DNA of 62,893 nt, counting the filler, from Lentisphaeria bacterium (GTDB lineage: Bacteria; Verrucomicrobiota; Lentisphaeria; JABSQK01; JAWLHB01), in the NCBI GenBank assembly GCA_041690595.1. It is 5 parts of 5 records of this genome, joined end to end, with 100 filler letters (N's around TTAATTAATTAA, not from the genome) between each part and the next. Parts side by side here need not be neighbours in the genome. Positions count along the whole stretch, not along the records: positions 45,719 to 62,893 come from JAWLHB010000074.1; 4 more parts are not named here. One strand, given 5' to 3'. Position 1 is the stretch's first letter. Every line of letters begins with the position of its first letter. The notes under the pieces are model-generated. The model had not been told where the DNA came from. It ran no database searches and worked only from the letters and a program-made list of their open reading frames with translations. Below, one piece after another: positions 48,928-57,653 of the stretch. Position numbers and translations under genes: made by a program.

Positions 48928-49001
48928 AGGCCAGCCCTACCCCATTCGTTCAATGTCATGTGATGATAGCCAATTTCCGCATTGACCGCAGTCTAAGAGG
49001 G

Positions 49002-49658
49002 CTATGGGAGCTGATGTCCAACCTCAACCTGGAGCGCCGCGAGCAACGACTGCGACTCCCCGAATACCTGGGCGGCGTCCAGATCCCCGTAGGCGAGGAA
49101 CGTGCCGAACATGTTCTCCCGGCTTGCCTTCTTCACGGCCTCCAGCCGGTTGCTGCCGGCGATGCGGAAGTTCTGAACCCACAGGCCCGGCTCGATGCTG
49201 CCGTCTGCCACGCCCGCGGTTACCCGCAACTGCTGCGCCAGGGCGATGGCCTTCCACGCCTCCAGCGTGCGCTGGGCTGCCTCTACGTACTGGTCGGCGG
49301 CAGCGGCCTCCGCCGCGTCGATGGTGCGGAAGTAGTGGGTGCGGAGCACTCCCTTGGCGCGGTCCAGCTCTTGCTCGGCGTCCTGCAGCCGTTGGGCCAG
49401 CCCATCCCGCATCGCCTGTAGCTCCGTGCCGCTGAGGCCTTCATACGCCGGCAGGGGTGAGGCTTCCCCCAGGGCTACCGCCGCCGCGTTTACCCGCCTT
49501 TGCGCCGTATACGTCTGGTAAGAACGCTGTTCCTCTCGCAGGTTGGCCTGCGCGGTGCGGATACGTGTGACCTCCTTCTCGGCAGACTGCTTCTGCTGGG
49601 CCAGTTGGCGCAGGCGAGCCATGTCAGTGTCGGCAATGTAGTCGCGCAGGGTTTTCAT
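49002..49658 (-). CDS. Alpha-helical coiled-coil hypothetical protein
   Basis: Heptad-rich A/Q/E/R sequence; ATGA overlap with the upstream gene. Confidence 0.75.
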   Translation of the reverse strand: MKTLRDYIADTDMARLRQLAQQKQSAEKEVTRIRTAQANLREEQRSYQTYTAQRRVNAAAVALGEASPLPAYEGLSGTELQAMRDGLAQRLQDAEQELDRAKGVLRTHYFRTIDAAEAAAADQYVEAAQRTLEAWKAIALAQQLRVTAGVADGSIEPGLWVQNFRIAGSNRLEAVKKASRENMFGTFLAYGDLDAAQVFGESQSLLAALQVEVGHQLP

Positions 49659-51292
49659 CGTTCTGGTCTCCGGTTGTAGATGAGTTCTCCTGTCGCCGCG
49701 CCGCCGACTATGGTGCCGCGCACGGCGGGGTTCCGTATGGCCTCCGACATGAGCAGCAAGCGGCGCTGATGGGGCGTCAGGCCCAACATGATCTGCCGCA
49801 TTGGCTCTGTCGTGACCGGGTTCGCCAGGGGCAGCATCCGCATGACCTGCCGGGTCTGGTTCAGCACGCTGGTGACGGAGTTATCGGTGGGGACGTAACC
49901 GTCATAGATGGCGGCTGCCTCGGCGGCTTCGCGCTGCATCGGTGCGTTACCTGTCGCCGTTCCCATCTTGTCGACGCGCTTGTCCGCATTCCGACTGCCA
50001 CGGGCGAGATCGTCAGGTGTGATGTTGCCGCCCTGGGAGGCGGGACGACCTTTGTAGCCAGCGGCGCGGCGAACGGCTGCGAACCTGGCAAACTGGCCAT
50101 CCACGAACTGCAGGAACTTCTGCACGCCCTCGGGCATGGCCGCTCGCAGCCGTTCCCGCGCCATCTGGTAGAACTGCGCCTCCTGGGGGTACTTCTTGCC
50201 GCGCAGGCGGGCGGCTTCGCGCAGCGTCGTGTCCAGGGAATCTATGGCCCGACCTGGGGGCGTGGAGCCATGCTTGGCAAAGGTCTGGTAAGCCTCGTCG
50301 AGCGTCTTCCCCACGCGGTTCGCCAGCTTGCCGGGCAGGGTCTCCGTCGCTTGCCGCATGATGCTTCCGAAGTCGTCGGCGAGGTCGCGCTGCATCTGAA
50401 TGGGGCGGGACCACACTTGCTCGTATGCTTCGCGGAACGCCTGCTCCAGCGCCTTCACACCTTCCTGGCCCGGTGGAATCCGCAGGTTCGGGTTCGGGCT
50501 GGCCGCTTGCAGCATCCGCTGGCTCCAGGCGTCCGCGCTCTCTTGTTGGAGCCGAGCTACCTGACGCGCCGCGCCGGGCGTAGTGGCGAGCACCTGCTCC
50601 GCTGCTGGCGCCATCCGCCCGCTGGCCGCTTGGCCGGGGGTAAGGGGCACGTTGTCCTGGAGTAGCTGTTGAGCCTGTGGAGACCGCCTAATGCCCCTGG
50701 CGTACTTGCCCACCGCCCCGGCTGCTGCGCCGCCTACAGCCGCGCCCAGCGCCCCCTGGGCGGCGTTGCGGGTTCGGCTTTCCCCTTCACCGGGTGCGCG
50801 TATGTACTCCATGCCCGCGCTCGCCGCTACGTCACCGGCTGCTGTCAGGCCGCGTTGCCCGCCAAGCGTTCTGGTCAGAATCTTTGGCGCGTACTTCGCG
50901 CCCCTGGCGACCGCGCCACCGGGAGCGGCGAGCATTGCCACGTCTGCGGCCATCCGGCCCGCCGTCGCTGCGCCGCCCCTCACGGTGTCGGCCCGGATCA
51001 GCTCTGCCTTCTCGGGTTCGCTCAGGTCGGTGAACAAGTCCTTTGCGCCGAGCACCATCTCCCGCGTGCTCGCGCCGATGCCGGACATGAAATCACCGAC
51101 GGCGGGGGCGTTCCTGTTCACCCAGTCAATCGGGCCGATGCCGGTCTCCGGCTTCTTCTGGCGGGTGCGGATTGCCGCCTGTCGGATACCGCGTTGCTCG
51201 TGCAGCCGCGTGAGCTTCGCCTGTAGCTGGGCCTTGGTCGTTCCTTCGGACACGTTGCGGATGATCGTGCCATCCGGCATGCGCACGTCCAT
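49655..51292 (-). CDS. Phage DNA-transfer/ejection-like protein
   Basis: N-terminus MDVRMPDGTIIRNVSEGTTKAQL; Gly/Ala-rich membrane-insertion-type segments; 'VPLTPGQA'. Confidence 0.6.
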   Translation of the reverse strand: MDVRMPDGTIIRNVSEGTTKAQLQAKLTRLHEQRGIRQAAIRTRQKKPETGIGPIDWVNRNAPAVGDFMSGIGASTREMVLGAKDLFTDLSEPEKAELIRADTVRGGAATAGRMAADVAMLAAPGGAVARGAKYAPKILTRTLGGQRGLTAAGDVAASAGMEYIRAPGEGESRTRNAAQGALGAAVGGAAAGAVGKYARGIRRSPQAQQLLQDNVPLTPGQAASGRMAPAAEQVLATTPGAARQVARLQQESADAWSQRMLQAASPNPNLRIPPGQEGVKALEQAFREAYEQVWSRPIQMQRDLADDFGSIMRQATETLPGKLANRVGKTLDEAYQTFAKHGSTPPGRAIDSLDTTLREAARLRGKKYPQEAQFYQMARERLRAAMPEGVQKFLQFVDGQFARFAAVRRAAGYKGRPASQGGNITPDDLARGSRNADKRVDKMGTATGNAPMQREAAEAAAIYDGYVPTDNSVTSVLNQTRQVMRMLPLANPVTTEPMRQIMLGLTPHQRRLLLMSEAIRNPAVRGTIVGGAATGELIYNRRPER

Positions 51293-51999
51293 CAGGGCAG
51301 GTCCTCAAAGTCGATTACTTCGGCCTCCGGCTGTCGCTGACGCCGGGCCGGGGGAGGGGGAGTACTGACGCCACCGGAGCGCCCGCCGCGCAGGTTCTCG
51401 TTCTCCTTCTCAGCGTTCTCGGCAATGATCCGAAGGCGCGTAACGGCGTCCTCGGCACCGATGCCGGGGGCGAGGGGCGACCACTTTTGCGTCTCCGTGA
51501 TCTCGTAGCCGGTGAGCGCTGACCCGAACTCGCTGTTGCGAATCTGGCCGATCAGCCGGTTCATCTCAGCCCGCAGGGCACGCTCGTCCTCGTCGTAGGC
51601 GGCGTACTCTACGAAGTCACCCGCGCCGGGGACGAGAAGGGTAGTGACGATGGATTTGCGCTCGGCCCCTGGCGCGAACAGCACGCCGCTGCGACAGAGA
51701 AGCAAGCCGGGAATTACGCTGGGCGCGTCCGGGGGTGGGCTGACCACCACATTGCCAAGCGGCTCGGCAACGGCGGCGGATTCCACCTTGCCCGCCGCCT
51801 GCAGGATGATATCTGCCAGATATTCGTATGATATCGCGGCGATATCGTTGGCGTCCCGCTCGGAGCCATCTGGTCCGGGGGGAATGGCAACGACTGCCGT
51901 GCCCTTGCCCTTCGGGTACTCCCACTTTGGCGGCTTGTTTTTCCACCAGTAGTCGGCGACCCGGTACACTGTGCCCTCGGGCTGCTTCTTGTTGGACAT
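51292..51999 (-). CDS. Hypothetical protein with ejection-protein-like C-terminus
   Basis: 'IRNSEFGSALTGYE', ends 'VIDFEDLP*' with TGATG coupling to the next gene. Confidence 0.55.
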   Translation of the reverse strand: MSNKKQPEGTVYRVADYWWKNKPPKWEYPKGKGTAVVAIPPGPDGSERDANDIAAISYEYLADIILQAAGKVESAAVAEPLGNVVVSPPPDAPSVIPGLLLCRSGVLFAPGAERKSIVTTLLVPGAGDFVEYAAYDEDERALRAEMNRLIGQIRNSEFGSALTGYEITETQKWSPLAPGIGAEDAVTRLRIIAENAEKENENLRGGRSGGVSTPPPPARRQRQPEAEVIDFEDLP

Positions 52000-52010
52000 C
52001 TGGTGAGCCC

Positions 52011-52816
52011 TTACGCGCCGGTTGCGCGGGCTGTACGGCGCGGTTTGCGGCTGGCAGCCATCCGCCTGTACTTCTCTGTCCCGTCAGCTTCAGGGCGGTA
52101 GCCGAACAGCCACTCCGCGAGGCTGTCGATGGGAACGCGGCGGGTGTTCTTGGTCAGCCACTCGGCTTGCAGGTGGCCGTCCGGATTGCTTGGTAGACGG
52201 TCCATCGCGTGCCGAGGCCCAAGGCAATGATTTCGCTGACCTCGAACGCGACTTGATCTTTATGGGAAGGCGGGCGCTGGAGTTCTTCAAGAAGATGGTC
52301 CGCCTCTACAATGCCCGCCACCCGGTCGCGCCACTTGCGCAGGTCCTCCGGGTTTAGCTTGTCCAGCTTCAGCTTGGCGATGGGGTCGTAGAACACCTTG
52401 GCGTTGAACCGCTTGCGGGCGTCGGCCTCGGTGCCGTCCCTGCCTTCGCGCTCGAGGTTCCGCAGGTACTTCTCGCACGCGTCCTTTACGGTGATGGCGC
52501 GGGTGCGTCCATGGGCGTCGAGCTTTTCCCACCACTCCAGGGCCTTATCCCAGGCTTCGTCGTGGCCGTTGTAGGTGGGGTCGGTGGGATCGAGGGGCAT
52601 CAAGGTTTCCTGGAACCGCTGCCCGGTCTCAGCATCCCGGTGCCGTACCTTCCACCACTCCCCACCGGAGAGCGTGCGGCAGTATCCCAGGTACAGGCCG
52701 GGGCGGTTCATGGGGTACCAGTAAGGCTCCGTGCGGGGCGGCAGCTTCTTCCTATCGGTGCTGGTGCGGATGGGCCAGTTTCTCTGTCTTTGTTTTCTCA
52801 CTTTGTTGGTCTCCAA
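52011..52816 (-). pseudogene. Truncated tyrosine integrase (arm and core-binding domains) joined to a frameshifted Xis-like HTH
   Basis: 'KKLPPRTEPYW...GLYLGY', 'ITVKDACEKYL', 'LRKWRD'; no R-K-HxxR-Y catalytic domain; HTH split by a frameshift near 52181. Confidence 0.7.
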
Positions 52817-52990
52817 ACGTTAGGCAAGTCATTTGCTCCACTGTTACCACTGTTATCCACTGCTATTGCTGTTACGTACTGCGGCAAGCGCAGGCTAGCC
52901 TGCACCAACAACAGGAGCAAGAAAAATCAATGGAATCAGTGGCTTACTTGGTTGCCTATGCTTGGCTACGTTTGGCTACGATAGGGGACG

Positions 52991-53044
52991 TGGTGCCCAG
53001 GGCGGGACTCGAACCCGCACGCCTGACGGCACTGGAACCTAAAT
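52991..53044 (-). other. att site: displaced 3' half of tRNA-Leu (54 bp)
   Basis: Matches 62796-62849 at 51/54 positions; similarity ends at the anticodon loop. Confidence 0.92.
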
Positions 53045-53178
53045 GCGCTATGCCACTGATTTTGCATGCTTATCTGGTCTTGCGTCGCCTATTTCTGCGG
53101 CGTCTAGGCTTGCCAGGATAGGCGAGGGCGGGCGTTGTCGGCGCATGATTGGCCCAAAACTGACCCACGACTCTATCT

Positions 53179-54012
53179 CTAAGGATCTATGGCTTCAAAG
53201 TACGCGACCAACTCATCGGCTACACTCGGTTGCACTCGGAGCACCCACTCAACATCGCTGAGTAGCGCAATGGTGGCTAGGTCTTCGACGAGGGAATCGT
53301 ATTTGAAGCGCCAAGAGTTGGTGTAGTACCACTGATCGACCTTATGCGGCGACGATGAAGGCGTCTGAAGTTCATCGTAGGTCCGTAGCAGCCTCCCAAG
53401 GCGCTCTAGATGTATGGTCAGTAGATCGACGTCAGCTTGCAACACACCAACCCCGTCGACGGAAAAATTGTCGATGGCCAAACTGATTTCATGGGGTAAT
53501 CCCTCAACGCTCAATCTGGTATGTCGCAACCGCTCACGCAGAGGGGAATGTAGCCCTCTCTCAACTGCGAGAACGTCATCGATAAACTGAGATTGGATGC
53601 GAATTGCCTTGTCTAGGTCGTTCAGCTTCTGGTCGCGCGCCTGCTGTTCAGTCTGGCGCACCATGATGGTTGTCTGTGCCCGTTGCGTTTCGAGTGCTGC
53701 ATCGCGTGCTTCCCTGGCAGCCATCAGTTCATCCGATTGCATGCGGTTGGCGTCCCGAGTTTCTTCCAACTCTCGGTGTTGCAGAGCCACCGTCAACAGC
53801 AAACCCATGAACGCCAAGAAACTGAAGAAGGGATTCAGAGTTCCACCTAGATAGTCTCCGAACTGACCCCAGGCCTCCGGTCTGATAGAAAGAGGTTCAC
53901 CCCAATGAATGACGACGTAGGCGCCCAGAGTGGAAACAAGCGCGAGGAACCCGAGCGCAAGCAATACTCCCAGGATCAACAGGACTTGCCTTGAACCAAT
54001 TTTCCTTTGCAT
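53179..54012 (-). CDS. Two-TM plus coiled-coil protein with putative abortive-infection-type N-terminal motif
   Basis: 'WGQFGDYLGGTLNPFFSFLAFMGLLLTVALQHREL'. Confidence 0.65.
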   Translation of the reverse strand: MQRKIGSRQVLLILGVLLALGFLALVSTLGAYVVIHWGEPLSIRPEAWGQFGDYLGGTLNPFFSFLAFMGLLLTVALQHRELEETRDANRMQSDELMAAREARDAALETQRAQTTIMVRQTEQQARDQKLNDLDKAIRIQSQFIDDVLAVERGLHSPLRERLRHTRLSVEGLPHEISLAIDNFSVDGVGVLQADVDLLTIHLERLGRLLRTYDELQTPSSSPHKVDQWYYTNSWRFKYDSLVEDLATIALLSDVEWVLRVQPSVADELVAYFEAIDP

Positions 54013-54276
54013 CAACGGCAACTTCCCCCAGCCAGCCTTACAACGCTTCATTGTCTCCGACGGCGGTTGTTCACGCACGAGTCGCCGCGAAGATCTCCTA
54101 CAGCAGGGCCTTGACGATTCTTCCACACTGCCTTTCGCGCCACCTGCCAGAGTCGCGGCCGAGGCTCTTCTAAGTGGTGGGACGGCCCGGAGAGACGGGC
54201 ACCGATCCTGCGAAAACGTCAAGCCAGCACGGCGTAGACGTTCCAGGGCGTTCGTCTCCAAATCTCCACTTTACCG

Positions 54277-54705
54277 TTAATAGGCTTGAAATACGCCGAA
54301 CACGAATGCGAGTCCTGCCAATAGTGGAAGCCAAACTCGCAGCTTACGAATTGTCTTTCCGAGCTTCTCGATCTCTGGTGTGTATGGCCATTCTGAAGTA
54401 CCCCGCCCTTGGAACTCCTGTTCCCAAGCGACCTTTTGGTCCCGAGCGTATTCGATGCGCTCCGCATACTGCTTCGACATTTCCTGAGTGAGCACAAGTT
54501 GGACCACCAAAAATGAGACCGCCAACGCAACTGAGACGATCGCCCAGTCAGAGTTCAGGATTCCGTGGTTCTCGTGGATCACCCAATTGGCCGCGATCAG
54601 CCCGTATGCCAACTGAACCGACCTAGTCTCAAGGAGACCTGTCCAGTGATTGAACCCCTCAAGTAGCTCGGTGGTTCCTTCGGCGGCCTCGTTGAACTTT
54701 GACAT
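54277..54705 (-). CDS. Small multi-TM hypothetical protein
   Basis: Two to three hydrophobic spans; starts 6 bp after the HU-like gene. Confidence 0.7.
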   Translation of the reverse strand: MSKFNEAAEGTTELLEGFNHWTGLLETRSVQLAYGLIAANWVIHENHGILNSDWAIVSVALAVSFLVVQLVLTQEMSKQYAERIEYARDQKVAWEQEFQGRGTSEWPYTPEIEKLGKTIRKLRVWLPLLAGLAFVFGVFQAY

Positions 54706-54711
54706 CTCGAA

Positions 54712-55119
54712 CTAGCGGCCTCCGCCGATACCGTTTCTATTCGCAGCTTCTTTCAGCCTCTTCAATGGGGTGATTCGCACCCTAGTCGTTGCGGGCTTCG
54801 CAGGGATGACGATCTCTTCGCCCGTTGCGGGATTGCGGCCCATACGCTTCTTGGTGGCCGGCCGCTTCACCGCACGCACTCTCAGGAGACCCGGCAACGT
54901 GAACTCTCCAACTCCTGGCCTCTTAAGTTGCCGCTCCATGAGGTTCTCAAGCTCGCTCAGAACTGCAGCCACCTGACTGCGTGACAAGTTGGTGCGATCG
55001 GCGATTTCCTCCAGAATGACCGAGCGTGTCATCTTCTGCGCTACGGGAGCATTCGCAGTCGCCTCCGCGGTTCTCTTTCCCGTTGTCGGCTTCCTGGCAG
55101 GTGCCTTCTTCGTTGCCAT
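54712..55119 (-). CDS. HU/IHF-family histone-like DNA-binding protein with basic N-tail
   Basis: 'GEFTLPGLLRV', 'RPATKKRMGRNPATGEEIVIPAKPA', 'PLKRLKEA'. Confidence 0.9.
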   Translation of the reverse strand: MATKKAPARKPTTGKRTAEATANAPVAQKMTRSVILEEIADRTNLSRSQVAAVLSELENLMERQLKRPGVGEFTLPGLLRVRAVKRPATKKRMGRNPATGEEIVIPAKPATTRVRITPLKRLKEAANRNGIGGGR

Positions 55120-55536
55120 CCGCTTCCCTCTGTTAACTAAAGGCGCGACAAATCTACCACCTAGCGAACGTGTCGGGCGATAGGCGGCTTCGGCAGGATG
55201 AACCCGAAGCAACTCCCTCCGCAGTGACCGTCGACGATGCTCCGGGGTAGAGCGACCGCGTTGCTGCACCGCATCGCGCAGGGTCGGGCAGTAGCCGAAA
55301 ATATCCTCTGCGGTGCGGTAGGTTTGCGCTTTCAATTCCTTTCCTGCCTTTCGGAAGTTGGATGCCCGCCACGCGGCTGGAGAGCCCAAGCGTCACACCT
55401 GGGCAAAAACCACTGCGGGCTGTCGGCTGTTGTTCTGGAATACCGGACACCTGCCGACTGGTCCGGTCCCGGCTCGCGTTTTTCCTGACGGCTTCTTCTG
55501 CGGGCACCGTCAGCCACGAACCGGGCCCTAGCCCGC

Positions 55537-56766
55537 TTAAGTCGTTACACCAGACATAACCACGAAGGACGCCGGGCGAACCGCCAGGAAGTCCACTCGG
55601 GCCACGCCGATGATTTCCACTAGCAGATTGCTCGCCATGCTCGTGGTGGCATCGAGAATCCGAATCGTCGGATTCATCCGCACGCCCATGACGAAGTCCC
55701 GGAAGTTCCCCATCTCAATGTGGTAGTTCTCGGGAGACGTCACCGTGTCGGCATTCGTGCTGACGAACTTCGGAACGTCCGCCACAGCCGAGGGCATTTG
55801 CAGCGGCGTGTTATCCGAGGAAATGCCGGTTTTCAGCTTGGCATACGTCTTCCACACGTTCGGATGCCAAATCATCCCGGTCAGCTCGTCCAGGCTGTTA
55901 TTGGCGTTCAGGAAGGTTGCGATAGCGTTCAACACCTCATCCCAATTGGTCGGCGTCCCGACGTTGGTCTCGGTGCCCACACCTGCCGTTTGCTGAATGC
56001 CGGGAATCAGCGCCGGGGAACCGCCCGCACCTTGGATACCTGCTTTGTCGATAGCGGCTCCGAAGGCTCGGGTATACGCTCGGGTGATCTGCTCGCCAAA
56101 GTTCGGCACGTCTTGAGTTGCCTCAAGCGAAACCTGAGTCCGAACCGCCACCGTACGCGCAGTCAGCACTCGGCTTGCGAACGTCGGATCCGTTGCGCTC
56201 AGCGAGGCACCTTCGGTATCCCGCCAGGCAAAGGTCGGGTCGCCGGTTTGATGGGAGTACGTCAGCGTTTGTGCCTGCATCGGCACGGTCATGGTACCGG
56301 CTCGCATCAGGACACTCTGCGCCCGCGCCATGTCGATCCATTCATTGACGAAACCGGCAGGGACCAGCACGCCCGTGGATGTCGTGGCAACCGACTTCTG
56401 ATCGGCTACGAACTCCAGGGCCTCTTTATCCTCACAAGCGTTCCCCAGCACCAGCGCACGCGCCCAGCGGTCCAGAGACACGGCAGGGGCTTCTTTCGGC
56501 TGCAACTCGGGGATGTCGGCCAGCTTCACGTCGCTGGGGACGATAAAGCCTTTCTTGTCACCGCCCATCGGCAGCTCGGTGTAAGGCTTGGCTTTCTTAT
56601 CCTCGATCGCCATGGGGATGCGACCGCCCGCAGCCTCGATGGCTTCAATGCGGCCTTTCAGTTCTTCGTTTTCGCCCCGGAGAGTCTGAATCGACTTATC
56701 CTGAGACTCAGTGAAATGGGTGATGGTCTCGAAGATCTTTTCGACTTCTTTGAGTACTTCAGACAT
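55537..56766 (-). CDS. HK97-fold major capsid protein
   Basis: N-terminal coiled-coil delta-like region, 'TGVLVPAGFVNEWID', 'IDKAGIQGAG', 'GNFRDFVMGVR', 'RVDFLAVRPASF'; GAGG RBS. Confidence 0.9.
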   Translation of the reverse strand: MSEVLKEVEKIFETITHFTESQDKSIQTLRGENEELKGRIEAIEAAGGRIPMAIEDKKAKPYTELPMGGDKKGFIVPSDVKLADIPELQPKEAPAVSLDRWARALVLGNACEDKEALEFVADQKSVATTSTGVLVPAGFVNEWIDMARAQSVLMRAGTMTVPMQAQTLTYSHQTGDPTFAWRDTEGASLSATDPTFASRVLTARTVAVRTQVSLEATQDVPNFGEQITRAYTRAFGAAIDKAGIQGAGGSPALIPGIQQTAGVGTETNVGTPTNWDEVLNAIATFLNANNSLDELTGMIWHPNVWKTYAKLKTGISSDNTPLQMPSAVADVPKFVSTNADTVTSPENYHIEMGNFRDFVMGVRMNPTIRILDATTSMASNLLVEIIGVARVDFLAVRPASFVVMSGVTT

Positions 56767-56943
56767 GGAATAACCTCACATATAGATCTAGCGTGTGAGG
56801 CTTGCGGGCGGGAGTTTTTCGGACGCGCGCGAAGCCTCGCCCTGAACTCGCCCCGGTCTTTGTCGCGCTGATCGTTTGCGATCTACCGCGCCTAAGCGAT
56901 TCAGTCAGGCTCCCGCGCCGTTCGTTGCGAACGTGAGGAACAG

Positions 56944-57138
56944 TCATATTGTCCCTGTATTCTCGGGGCGACGCAACTTCTGCTCCAGCTCGGAAAGCCG
57001 CTGTTTTAGCTCGTCAGATTCGGCCTGACGCTCGCCCACGACTCCGCGCCATCCGACAGAAAGCAGCTTACGGGCTTGCCGATGGCTCAACCCGGCCTCA
57101 CGCAACACTCTCTCGATTTCAGGGCGCGTAGGTTCCAT
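56944..57138 (-). CDS. 64-aa protein resembling the C-terminal tail of HK97-type prohead proteases
   Basis: 'PEIERVLREAGLSHRQARKLLSVGW' plus coiled coil; GGAGG RBS. Confidence 0.6.
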   Translation of the reverse strand: MEPTRPEIERVLREAGLSHRQARKLLSVGWRGVVGERQAESDELKQRLSELEQKLRRPENTGTI

Positions 57139-57375
57139 TCAGTGCGCAACCTCCCGGTTCTGCTCGACAATGGCTTTAGCTGCCCGCCTGAGCCTCGCAG
57201 CGGCCATCTCAGCGCCGTATCTCTTCCGCAGGATCTCGGCAGCGCCAGACAGCAAGGCGTCTGCTAGAAGCTCTGGACGCGTCTCTAGCAGGGCCTGGTT
57301 TGTCACCCGCGTTAGTCCCTCAATGTACGTGTGGAGAACGGCTCGCTCGGTAAAAGTCATGTCGTCGTCGTTCAT
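57139..57375 (-). CDS. Hypothetical protein (78 aa)
   Basis: GGAGGAG RBS; ATGA overlap with the upstream gene. Confidence 0.65.
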   Translation of the reverse strand: MNDDDMTFTERAVLHTYIEGLTRVTNQALLETRPELLADALLSGAAEILRKRYGAEMAAARLRRAAKAIVEQNREVAH

Positions 57376-57653
57376 TGGCTCCTCCGCATCAGTTCCTCCC
57401 GCGCCGGGCAATCGTGGGTCAGCGGGTCCGCCTCCCACGGTGCTCGGCGTAGTTCACGCTTCAGCGCCCTGGTGTGCTCCAGATAGGCCGCGCATTCCGG
57501 GCAGTGGACGTTCGATTGAAGGCAGGCAATCTCTCCGTAGAGACAGGCGTCATAGCGACCCTGGTACTTGAGAGCTTCGCGGAAATGGTGAACGGCCTCG
57601 TCCGTAACTCCAGCCTGAATGTTCCTGGTCCTTCGGGTGCGCTTAGTGGGCAT
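57372..57653 (-). CDS. Hypothetical protein with Arg-rich N-terminus and Cys cluster (93 aa)
   Basis: MPTKRTRRTRN...; 'HCPEC'; RBS GGAGGGAG. Confidence 0.65.
   Translation of the reverse strand: MPTKRTRRTRNIQAGVTDEAVHHFREALKYQGRYDACLYGEIACLQSNVHCPECAAYLEHTRALKRELRRAPWEADPLTHDCPAREELMRRSQ

Larger units (their letters stand above)
46700..52990 (-). mobile_element. Element B: ~6.3-kb integrative, satellite-like element (probably defective) at the tRNA-Leu 3' end
   Basis: att-like repeats at both ends, CCACTGTTA motifs at both ends (46763; 52838, 52847, 52857), integrase N-terminus next to att. Confidence 0.75.

Noticed and set aside
52991..53044. Second tRNA-Leu gene
   Set aside because: Lacks the 5' acceptor strand and D arm; it is an att duplicate
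56759..56947. 62-aa ORF between the protease-tail gene and the MCP
   Set aside because: It overlaps both neighbours plausibly but has no recognisable features; left uncalled
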